A DNA stretch of 64,000 bases from Clostridiales bacterium (GTDB lineage Bacteria > Bacillota > Clostridia > Christensenellales > UBA1242): the NCBI GenBank assembly GCA_015055605.1, contig SVHV01000002.1, positions 24,049 to 88,048 of the forward strand, given 5' to 3'. Below the pieces are notes generated by a model, which ran no database searches, was not told the origin of the DNA, and worked only from the letters and a program-made list of their open reading frames with translations. Shown here one piece after another: positions 38,627 through 46,233 of this stretch; the stretch's first letter is position 1; every line of letters starts with the position of its first letter. A program made the translations under genes and the position numbers.

Positions 38627-39178
38627 CTAATCAATAGAGATTTCTTCGTCTAATATAGAATATGTCGCAACATCATATCTAGCATGATAATTGTTTTTTC
38701 CAGCTTTTCTAAGAACTCCCTCAAATGTCATGCCAGCCCTCTTCATAACATTACCACTCTTAATATTCTCAACATCATGCTGAAGAACAATTCTCTTTGC
38801 AATCCCCTGTGACTTAATATATTTAAACATTCCCAGTAGTGCCTCTGTCATATAGCCATAGCCTTGAAATTTAGGATTAAGAACATATCCTATTTGGACC
38901 TCGCCCTCATTAGACTGCTTATATGAAACAATGCCGATAGAACCTATCACCCTACCCATATCTTTATGTTCAATACAGTAGTCATTAAGAACTTCGTTTT
39001 TTAGATAATCTTCTTTTACACAGGCAATTCTAGTTTTTGCTACCTCTAAAGAAGTGTATGTTGGGAACGATAAAAACTTAGTAACATCACTATCACTAGC
39101 ATATTCATATAAATCTATATAATCTTTATCTTCCCATTGACGAACAATTAGTCTATCTGTTTCATAAAGTATTGTCAT
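38627..39178 (-). CDS. GNAT-family N-acetyltransferase (RimJ/RimL-like)
   Basis: N-terminal YETDRLIVRQW and the acetyl-CoA motif QGYGYMTEAL, 183 aa. Confidence 0.8.
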   Translation of the reverse strand: MTILYETDRLIVRQWEDKDYIDLYEYASDSDVTKFLSFPTYTSLEVAKTRIACVKEDYLKNEVLNDYCIEHKDMGRVIGSIGIVSYKQSNEGEVQIGYVLNPKFQGYGYMTEALLGMFKYIKSQGIAKRIVLQHDVENIKSGNVMKRAGMTFEGVLRKAGKNNYHARYDVATYSILDEEISID

Positions 39179-39325
39179 AATATTACCTCTCGGTTGATTG
39201 TATCACACATTACAAACTTTACAAATTAATTGAGCATATAGAACTAAGATATTTTTTCGCAAAACAAAAGAAGGACACTTAATATAAGTGCCCTTCTTTA
39301 AATACTTTAACATTTATGTCAACTA

Positions 39326-40057
39326 TTATTTATCCATAGCAGACTCATTACTCATCATTTGTTCTTTTATCTTGTCTGCAATATTTATTGTTTGCATCTC
39401 ATCGCTGTCCAAAGCATAATGCAATAATGGGGTTCTCAACACTTTACTATCAAACATTGACCTCAAGAACTCTTGCTGTTGAGCCAAATCCATATCCATA
39501 AGAGATATAGAACCATTCTTGCTATCATACTCATAAATAGGCAAATCTACTTGCATCTGCTCTGCAATCATATACTTTGCAAGGAGTGCATAAAGTCTAT
39601 TTCTATCATTACTAGACGAAGAATAGAATAAACCGACAATGTCTTCTGGAGATATAGTGATATTTACTTCATTCATAACCCCAGAGGTGTGCTTTTCTCT
39701 AATATTAGATACTAACTCATCTAAATCTGCCAAACTCTCCCCAAAAGCATAAAAATCACCATTAGCCTTATTTCCACAACTACTAGAGTCTGTCTCAGAA
39801 ATATGCTCAATCTCTGCTGTATCTCCGTTAATCATAAAACCTATTGACTTATATGTAGGCACATCAACTCCTGGCACCAAAAGTGTCGAAGATGCTGATG
39901 TTAGCCCATCTGGACTTTGTGCTAGAGCAATTTCTCCTGCCCATGTAGAAAAATCATAAGCGAAATTAGAACCATCTACCCTAGTAATTCTTGGCCAATC
40001 CATAGCCCTCACTATCAATCTATTTTTCTCATATAATTCATCAATACTGTCTGCCAT
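39326..40057 (-). CDS. Hypothetical protein
   Basis: 243-aa ORF from ATG 40057 after GAAGGAG. No motif recognised. Confidence 0.55.
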   Translation of the reverse strand: MADSIDELYEKNRLIVRAMDWPRITRVDGSNFAYDFSTWAGEIALAQSPDGLTSASSTLLVPGVDVPTYKSIGFMINGDTAEIEHISETDSSSCGNKANGDFYAFGESLADLDELVSNIREKHTSGVMNEVNITISPEDIVGLFYSSSSNDRNRLYALLAKYMIAEQMQVDLPIYEYDSKNGSISLMDMDLAQQQEFLRSMFDSKVLRTPLLHYALDSDEMQTINIADKIKEQMMSNESAMDK

Positions 40058-40187
40058 AAACACTCCTTCTTTACCAGCAAATCACTTTGTTTTTTTATTC
40101 TTATTACCATAATAATAACATACAATAGCTAAGTTACAAATACTTCTACCAAAAAAACATACAAAAAATATGATTTATATAGCAAAA

Positions 40188-40211
40188 AGAACACCCTACT
40201 ATAGGTGTTCT
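40188..40211 (-). terminator. Orphan copy (A) of the AGAACACC...GGTGTTCT hairpin family
   Basis: The minus strand reads AGAACACC-TATAGTAG-GGTGTTCT followed by TTTTTG. No minus-strand gene ends just upstream of it. Confidence 0.45.
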
Positions 40212-40512
40212 CAACCACAAAAAAACAAGCCCGATAAAGGAAACTTGTTTTTTGGGTGCGGGCTGTTGTATCTCAGTTGAACCAATGTTTTATGGCTTGA
40301 ATTAGGGCTTTGTTATTTTAAATAAATTGAAAAATTTTGAATTTTTGTATTTTTATGACATATAAGATATTGATAAATCTGAAAGTCATGATACACTAAG
40401 CAAAACTTAATAAATTAAATAAATTCAAAGGTTGGAGAGAATTGTGTTTTCTTCAACCTTTTGTACTTCAAATACAAAAAATAAATGCATTTTTCAAAAG
40501 GGGGGTGGTATA

Positions 40513-40794
40513 ATGGGAGCAGGTGGAGTAACTAATCATGGAACTTATGATATTGAAGCTAGAAAACTAGAACCTATCTACAAACCAAATTCTAAAGTTA
40601 ATCGTTATGAAAATGGTGAAAAGAAACAAAGTAGATGGTATGGTCCAGACGGAAAAGCTGTAAGAAACAGAGATTATTCACATACAAGTAATGGAAAAGT
40701 ACCATTTCCCCATGACCATGCTTGGAATTGGAACAATCCAATGCCAAGGGGTAAAGAGCATTTAGAACCAGATTATGAAAATTTTAAAGACTAG
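40513..40794 (+). CDS. Small Gly/His/Trp/Asn-rich protein, a possible orphan toxin-like module
   Basis: 93 aa from ATG 40513 (GGGGGTGG RBS): ...NRYENGEKKQSRWYGPDGKAVRNRDYSHTSNGKVPFPHDHAWNW... No signal peptide. The next gene starts 8 nt downstream. Confidence 0.5.
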   Translation: MGAGGVTNHGTYDIEARKLEPIYKPNSKVNRYENGEKKQSRWYGPDGKAVRNRDYSHTSNGKVPFPHDHAWNWNNPMPRGKEHLEPDYENFKD

Positions 40795-40802
40795 GAGTAA
40801 TA

Positions 40803-41342
40803 ATGAAAGAACAAACTCAATTTAAATGGGAAAAACAAAATAAAAATATTTTAGGATTCAATTTGAAAGACTTTAAATATTTTAAGTATGACGACCCGAA
40901 TGAAAAAACAAATATTAAAAAATGTGATGTTTGTGATAACCCTTGCTTAATTGATGAGTTTGGAAATGGTAAATGCAATAATTGTTCTTGGGAACAAGGT
41001 GGTAGTTCTCTAGAATTAAAATATAAAGTTGGATACCCTAATTTAATACCATTATCTAAAGCAAAAAAATTGTATAAATTCAATAAACTTTTTAATCCCG
41101 ATTTTGAAGATTTTATTAATAATTTATTGTTCTATGGAGAAATGGAATTTGAATATAAAAATTTTAAGTATGTAGTAGACAGATATACTGACAAATTCGA
41201 GATACAAATCTGCAAAGTTAATGATTATGAAAATAGACAAAGTTATAAAAGTATTGATGAATTTATATCAAAAGCTAAAATTGATAATAAATTACTTAAA
41301 GATATTTGGGAAGACATAACAAATGTTAATTGGCAATCTTAA
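40803..41342 (+). CDS. CPCC-like zinc-ribbon protein, a possible cognate immunity or antidote partner
   Basis: CDVCDNPCLIDEFGNGKCNNCSWEQGG resembles the Cys-rich CPCC pattern (C-x2-C ... C-x2-C-x-WE). The AGGAG RBS lies inside the end of the upstream gene. Confidence 0.55.
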   Translation: MKEQTQFKWEKQNKNILGFNLKDFKYFKYDDPNEKTNIKKCDVCDNPCLIDEFGNGKCNNCSWEQGGSSLELKYKVGYPNLIPLSKAKKLYKFNKLFNPDFEDFINNLLFYGEMEFEYKNFKYVVDRYTDKFEIQICKVNDYENRQSYKSIDEFISKAKIDNKLLKDIWEDITNVNWQS

Positions 41343-41346
41343 ATAG

Positions 41347-41375
41347 AAAAAGCACTCAAATTTGAGTGCTTTTTC
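41347..41375 (+). terminator. Rho-independent terminator
   Basis: AGCACTCAAA/TTTGAGTGCT is a perfect palindrome, followed by TTTTCTGTTT. Confidence 0.6.
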
Positions 41376-41420
41376 TGTTTAACAATGTTAATATAAATTT
41401 CGGGTTCAACATTGTCCCTG

Positions 41421-41547
41421 TTGGCGCAGAGACCGGGATTCGCATTAACCGACAGCGTCAATTGTCGCAAACATTCTTGCGACTACAAAGGGGCACCCGG
41501 GTTCGTTTTTGTATAAACAAAAAAGAACACCCTACTGTGGGTGTTCT
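41421..41547. repeat. Direct repeat copy B: tRNA-Ser 3' end fragment, a 90-nt arm and a terminator hairpin
   Basis: TTGGCGCAGAGACCGGGATTCGCATTAAC... 41421-41531 matches 42328-42438 at 109 of 111 positions. The hairpin AGAACACCC-TACTGT-GGGTGTTCT lies at 41524-41547. Confidence 0.9.
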
Positions 41548-41552
41548 TAAAA

Positions 41553-42260
41553 TCACCTACGATTACTCATAATATCCCATGGGGTAATAATCCCCAAAAC
41601 CCTTTCTTGTGGTTTTCCGTTTTGGGTTATAAAAACCATAGCCAACCTTTTATTTTCTTCAAATTTTTGTTGAAACAATTCTCTAACATCTTCCAATAAA
41701 CAGTCTTTTTTTACAAACTCAAAACATTCAGATGCACGATTATTAATTTGTGAATATTTAGCAATTAGTTCATCTGAAAATGTTGTCTTATCTTTTTCAT
41801 ATATTAACTCATCTTCTATCAACGCACCAAAAAGAGTATTTTCACTAAAAACCCCTTTTAAAACACCATTTTCTAAAATAGGTACATGTGTATAAACTTT
41901 TTCTTTCATTTTTTTCATATACGGAAATATTAACTCATTGCCAGTCGCAGCACAAACATCTATTATTTTCACACAGGAATCATAAGCTTTAGGTGGATTA
42001 TCAATATAACTAATCACATTGTCCAACAAAATAATTACATCGTTGGATGGTTGAATAGGATATTCCTCACCTGTTTTTTTATGAGACAAAAAATTCCTTA
42101 TTTTACGAATAAATTCAAGTTCCTCTTTTAATTGTCTAAATTGAGGATATCTTGAAATTTGGCTCACAGCACCCTCTCTACCTATCTCGATATTGAATTT
42201 TTCATTTAATAATTTCTCTAATATATTATATTTATTAATTAAAATTTCTGCATTAGTCAT
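41553..42260 (-). CDS. HEPN-like (RNxxxH) N-terminal domain fused to a CBS pair
   Basis: 235 aa from ATG 42260 (AGGTG RBS): MTNAEILINKYNILEKLL...ELEFIRKIRNFLSHKK... (Rx4H), then two CBS-like modules (THVPILENGVLKGVFSE; RVLGIITPWDIM). The extra 39 codons in the ORF track run into the repeat and are unlikely to be real. Confidence 0.65.
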   Translation of the reverse strand: MTNAEILINKYNILEKLLNEKFNIEIGREGAVSQISRYPQFRQLKEELEFIRKIRNFLSHKKTGEEYPIQPSNDVIILLDNVISYIDNPPKAYDSCVKIIDVCAATGNELIFPYMKKMKEKVYTHVPILENGVLKGVFSENTLFGALIEDELIYEKDKTTFSDELIAKYSQINNRASECFEFVKKDCLLEDVRELFQQKFEENKRLAMVFITQNGKPQERVLGIITPWDIMSNRR

Positions 42261-42327
42261 AATTTCACACCTAAAATAATAAAACTGTTTTATATCATAA
42301 AAAAGCCCCATAAAGGGAACTTGTTTT

Positions 42328-42454
42328 TTGGCGCAGAGACCGGGATTCGCATTAAGCGACAGCGTCAATTGTCGCAAACATTCTTGCGACTACAAAGGGG
42401 CACTCGGGTTCGTTTTTGTATAAACAAAAAAGAACACCTAACCTTAGGTGTTCT
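42328..42454. repeat. Direct repeat copy C, immediately 3' of the tRNA
   Basis: Same unit as 41421-41547, with substitutions at 42356 (G versus C) and 42404 (T versus C). The hairpin AGAACACCT-AACCTT-AGGTGTTCT lies at 42431-42454. Confidence 0.9.
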
Positions 42455-42463
42455 AAATTCCGG

Positions 42464-42551
42464 TGGCGCAGAGACCGGGATTCGAACCCGGGGTACATCG
42501 CTGTACACAGCCGTTCCAAGACTGCACGATCGACCACTCTGACATCTCTGC
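42464..42551 (-). tRNA. tRNA-Ser (anticodon GGA), class II, with encoded CCA
   Basis: The minus strand reads GCAGAGATGTCAGAGTGGTCGATCGTGCAGTCTTGGAACGGCTGTGTACAGCGATGTACCCCGGGTTCGAATCCCGGTCTCTGCGCCA. The acceptor stem is 7 bp (GCAGAGA/TCTCTGC). The anticodon arm is CAGTC-TTGGAAC-GGCTG. The long variable arm is GTACA-GCGA-TGTAC. The T arm is CCGGG-TTCGAAT-CCCGG. The D-stem pairs poorly in my hand fold. Confidence 0.85.
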
Positions 42552-42629
42552 AATAATATGTTTGTGCTAGAGATATTCTTTAGCACAAACATAGTTTACA
42601 TTAAATCATTCTATCTTGCAATAGATTTT

Positions 42630-44339
42630 TTATTTTTTGTCTTCGTACATAGAAGATTCTTGATGCTCGTAATGAAGTAGTGAATGAATAAGGTGTTTGT
42701 CACCCTTGAGTAGTTCTTTGTATATTTTAGCCACTGACTCATTGTCTCCACTCTCTCTAAACTTACAATCTCCGTCTGCTTTGTAGATAGAAGAACTTCT
42801 CTTTTTGATAACCTCTTCTACTGGAGTTTTGTTGTAATCAACGAATGGTTGACCACCTCCGTTTACACAACCACCTGGACAAGCCATGATTTCTACGAAA
42901 TGATATGTCTTCTCGCCAGACTTGATAGCATCTAGTACCTTAGGAGTATTAGCAAGGCCATGAACGATTGCTAGATTTAGTTTAGTACCGGCAACATCTA
43001 CAGTTACCTCTTTAACACCTTCACTATATCTAACATCTTCGATAATGTCTTGTTTCTTACCAGTTAGTTTATGAACTGCATATCTAAGAGCAGCCTCTGT
43101 AACACCACCAGTTACACCGAAGATAAGTGCTCCACCAGAATATTCTCCGAATGGGTCATCAAACTTAGACTCAGGAAGTGAATTAAAGTCAATACCTTTT
43201 AGTCTAATAAGTTCGCCTAATTCTCTAGTAGTGATACTTTGGTCGATTACACCATGAGCAATAATCTCTCTCTTCTTTGCAGTACAAGGCATTACAGATA
43301 CTATTTCTACCTTTTTGCCCTTACCCTCAAAGTAGTATTTAACTAGACTACCTAACATCTCATTAGGTGATTTACTGCTAGACATATTGCCTACAAACTC
43401 TGGATAGAATTTTTCACAGTAATTAAACCATGCAGGACAACAACTAGTAAATAATGGTAGACCATCTTTCTTCTCTAATTTTTCTAGAAGTTCGTTAGCC
43501 TCCTCGATTACAGTAAAGTCTGCACCATTGTTAACATCAAATACATAATCAAAGCCTACTGCTCTGAGAGCTGAAACCATCTGACCTTCTGCAAATGTTC
43601 CAACCTCTGCACCAAACTCCTCTGCAATAGCCACTCTAACTGCAGGTGCTACTTGAGCTACTTTGATAACATCTTTTTTGTCTAAAATATCCAGCACTGG
43701 ATTTAAGTCATTCTTTTGTACTAATGCACCAGTAGGACAAACTAGAACACATTGTCCACAACCAACACAGGTTGACTCTTGCATCTCTGCATCAAATGCT
43801 GTACCGATTTTTGTTTCGAAACCTCTATTGATTTTACCAATAGCATAACAACCCTGTCTTTTGCCACAAACTGCTATACATTTGCCACAAAGTACACATT
43901 TGCTATCATCTCTAACAATAGCATGGTTACTATCATCTTTCTTGCCCTCAGTAACCGAACCAGCATATTTATCTGTATCACAACGGAATTGCTCACAAAG
44001 TTTCTGGAAGTCACACTTTAGATTCTTTGGACAACTTAGGCAGTTTTTGTTGTGATTACTTAGTAGTAATTCGATTGCAGTTTTTCTAGCCCTTAGAACT
44101 TTTGTAGTATTAGTCCTAACAATCATACCTTCTCTAACTTTTGTGCTACAAGCAGTAACTAGATTTCTAGCACCCTCAACCTCTACAACACACACTCTAC
44201 AACTAGCAGGTGTATTTACACCTTTTAAGTAGCAAAGTGTTGGTATATCCACACCATTCGCTCTAGCGACCTCAAGGATAGTTGAGTTAGCATCTGCTTT
44301 GACATTTTTTCCATCTATAATTAAATTTATTTCCATCAT
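42630..44339 (-). CDS. hydA: [FeFe] hydrogenase catalytic subunit (HydA/HndD type, with N-terminal 2Fe-2S and 4Fe-4S domains)
   Basis: H-cluster motifs TSCCPAW, MPCTAKK and EIMACPGGCVNGGGQP, with upstream ferredoxin-type Cys clusters. Confidence 0.92.
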   Translation of the reverse strand: MMEINLIIDGKNVKADANSTILEVARANGVDIPTLCYLKGVNTPASCRVCVVEVEGARNLVTACSTKVREGMIVRTNTTKVLRARKTAIELLLSNHNKNCLSCPKNLKCDFQKLCEQFRCDTDKYAGSVTEGKKDDSNHAIVRDDSKCVLCGKCIAVCGKRQGCYAIGKINRGFETKIGTAFDAEMQESTCVGCGQCVLVCPTGALVQKNDLNPVLDILDKKDVIKVAQVAPAVRVAIAEEFGAEVGTFAEGQMVSALRAVGFDYVFDVNNGADFTVIEEANELLEKLEKKDGLPLFTSCCPAWFNYCEKFYPEFVGNMSSSKSPNEMLGSLVKYYFEGKGKKVEIVSVMPCTAKKREIIAHGVIDQSITTRELGELIRLKGIDFNSLPESKFDDPFGEYSGGALIFGVTGGVTEAALRYAVHKLTGKKQDIIEDVRYSEGVKEVTVDVAGTKLNLAIVHGLANTPKVLDAIKSGEKTYHFVEIMACPGGCVNGGGQPFVDYNKTPVEEVIKKRSSSIYKADGDCKFRESGDNESVAKIYKELLKGDKHLIHSLLHYEHQESSMYEDKK

Positions 44340-44360
44340 ATCTCTCCCAAACTATTATCC

Positions 44361-46220
44361 TTATTTTGTAATTGCACCAAATCTACAAGTTTCAAAGCAC
44401 TTGCCACATTTGATACATTTTTCCTGGTCGATAGTAAACTTTTTCTTAATCTCACCAGAGATTGCTCCTACTGGACATTGTCTACTACAAGCAGAACAAC
44501 CGATACACTTGTCTGTAATCTCATATCTAGTTAGGTTCTTACAAACACCTGCTCTACATTTGTGCTCAGTGATATGCTCGATATACTCATCTCTGAAATA
44601 TCTAAGTGTACTCAATACTGGGTTTGGACTACTCTGACCTAAGCCACATAGAGAGTTTTCTTTTACATACTTACATAATTCTTCTAGTTTATCTAAGTCT
44701 TCAAGTGTTGCTTTGCCATCAGTAATTTTTGTTAAAATCTCAAGGATTCTAGTATTACCTATTCTACATGGTGTACACTTACCACAACTCTCGTCTTTTG
44801 TGAATTGTAGGAAGAATTTAGCAAGGTCAACCATACAACTATCTTCGTCTACAACAATCATTCCACCACTACCCATCATAGCACCAAGGTCTGTTAGGGT
44901 CTTGTAGTCAATAGGAGTGTCTAAATGTTGCTCTGGGATACAACCACCACTAGGTCCACCCATCTGAACAGCCTTAAACTTTTTACCATTAGGGATACCA
45001 CCACCGATATCATAGATAATCTCTCTAATAGTTGTACCCATAGGTAACTCAATAAGTCCACTATTATTGATTTTACCTGTTAGAGCAAATACCTTAGTAC
45101 CCTTACTATCTTCTGTACCGATAGCACTGAACCACTCTGCTCCATTTACGATAATCTGCGCAATATTTGCTAGAGTCTCTACATTATTAATAACAGTAGG
45201 ACAACCATACAAACCTTTTTCTGCTGGATATGGAGGCTTAAGTGTTGGCTCTCCTCTATGTCCCTCAATACTTCTCATAAGAGCAGTTTCTTCTCCACAA
45301 ACGAATGCTCCTGCACCGTATTTGATTTGTAAATCAAATGAGAAGTCTGTTCCGAAGATTTTGTCGCCTAATAAACCAGCAGCCTTAGCCTCGTCAATAG
45401 CATTTTGTAATCTTTCACCTGCTAGAGGATACTCTGCTCTTAAGTATACGAAACCCTTGCTAGCACCGATAGCATAACCGCATATTGCCATAGCCTCGAC
45501 AATTGCATGTGGATTACTCTCGATAATACTTCTATCCATAAATGCACCCGGGTCACCCTCGTCAGCATTACAGATAACATACTTCTGAGGTGCTTCAACT
45601 ACTCTAGTAAACTCCCATTTGTTACCAGTTGGGAATCCTGCACCACCTCTACCTCTAAGGCCACTAGCCTTGATAGTAGCAATAACGCTCTCTGGAGTCA
45701 TCTCAGTAATAGCCTTGTGAAGACCCTCATATCCACCTAGAGCGATATAGTCGCCCAAGATATTGTCTAGACTCATATACTCAGCATTGTTTCTAGCGAT
45801 ATATTTTTGTTTTTTACAGAAATCTATTTCTGTCTTTTTCTCAACAACCTTACCGTTCTCATGATGAAGAAGTCTCTCTACTAATTCGTCTTTAGAGAGT
45901 TTCTCAATAATCTCTTCACAATCATCTTTAGAAACTTTTTCGTAAAGAGCATCAACAGGGTAAATAAGAACAATAGGACCATTAACACATAGACCGAAAC
46001 AGCCTACGCCATGTACTTTAATCTCGCCCTCAAGTTTTTTCTCTTTAACTAATCTTTCGAGTTCTTCTTGAACAATCTTACTCTTACAACTTCTACAACC
46101 TGTACCACCACAAACCATGATGTCATATTTGTATGTAACACCAGACTTGTCTGCAGACCTTCTGAACTCGATTTCTTTTATGTATTTTTCTTTAATACTC
46201 TGTAACTCTTGATAATCCAT
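44361..46220 (-). CDS. hydB: NuoF-like NADH-binding flavoprotein subunit of the bifurcating hydrogenase (HydB/HndC)
   Basis: GRGGAGFPTGNKW FMN/NADH motif, an N-terminal thioredoxin-like 2Fe-2S domain, and a C-terminal 2x[4Fe-4S] region (CIGCSACSRQCP, CIKCGKCFETC). Confidence 0.9.
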   Translation of the reverse strand: MDYQELQSIKEKYIKEIEFRRSADKSGVTYKYDIMVCGGTGCRSCKSKIVQEELERLVKEKKLEGEIKVHGVGCFGLCVNGPIVLIYPVDALYEKVSKDDCEEIIEKLSKDELVERLLHHENGKVVEKKTEIDFCKKQKYIARNNAEYMSLDNILGDYIALGGYEGLHKAITEMTPESVIATIKASGLRGRGGAGFPTGNKWEFTRVVEAPQKYVICNADEGDPGAFMDRSIIESNPHAIVEAMAICGYAIGASKGFVYLRAEYPLAGERLQNAIDEAKAAGLLGDKIFGTDFSFDLQIKYGAGAFVCGEETALMRSIEGHRGEPTLKPPYPAEKGLYGCPTVINNVETLANIAQIIVNGAEWFSAIGTEDSKGTKVFALTGKINNSGLIELPMGTTIREIIYDIGGGIPNGKKFKAVQMGGPSGGCIPEQHLDTPIDYKTLTDLGAMMGSGGMIVVDEDSCMVDLAKFFLQFTKDESCGKCTPCRIGNTRILEILTKITDGKATLEDLDKLEELCKYVKENSLCGLGQSSPNPVLSTLRYFRDEYIEHITEHKCRAGVCKNLTRYEITDKCIGCSACSRQCPVGAISGEIKKKFTIDQEKCIKCGKCFETCRFGAITK

Positions 46221-46233
46221 TAATTATGGCCTC

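Larger units (their letters stand above)
40233..42463. mobile_element. Putative decayed, integrase-less integrative cassette array attached to the 3' end of tRNA-Ser
   Basis: Two full 127-nt repeats carry the tRNA 3' end, and a third degenerate junction lies at 40233-40262. The region is markedly AT-rich and carries orphan genes. No recombinase gene is present. Confidence 0.4.

Noticed and set aside
41421-42454. Whether the two 127-nt repeats could be a CRISPR array or a MITE pair
   Set aside because: There are only two direct copies separated by about 780 bp of protein-coding sequence. The repeat is far longer than a CRISPR repeat and is direct, not inverted. The att-site interpretation fits better.
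41366-42592. Track ORFs 41366-41572(+), 42321-42542(+), 42352-42537(-) and 42365-42592(-)
   Set aside because: They are read through the 127-nt repeats and the tRNA-Ser gene. Their near-identical peptides (...AETGIRI.RQRQLSQTFLRLQRGTRVRFCINKKEH...) simply reflect the DNA repeat. None has an RBS.
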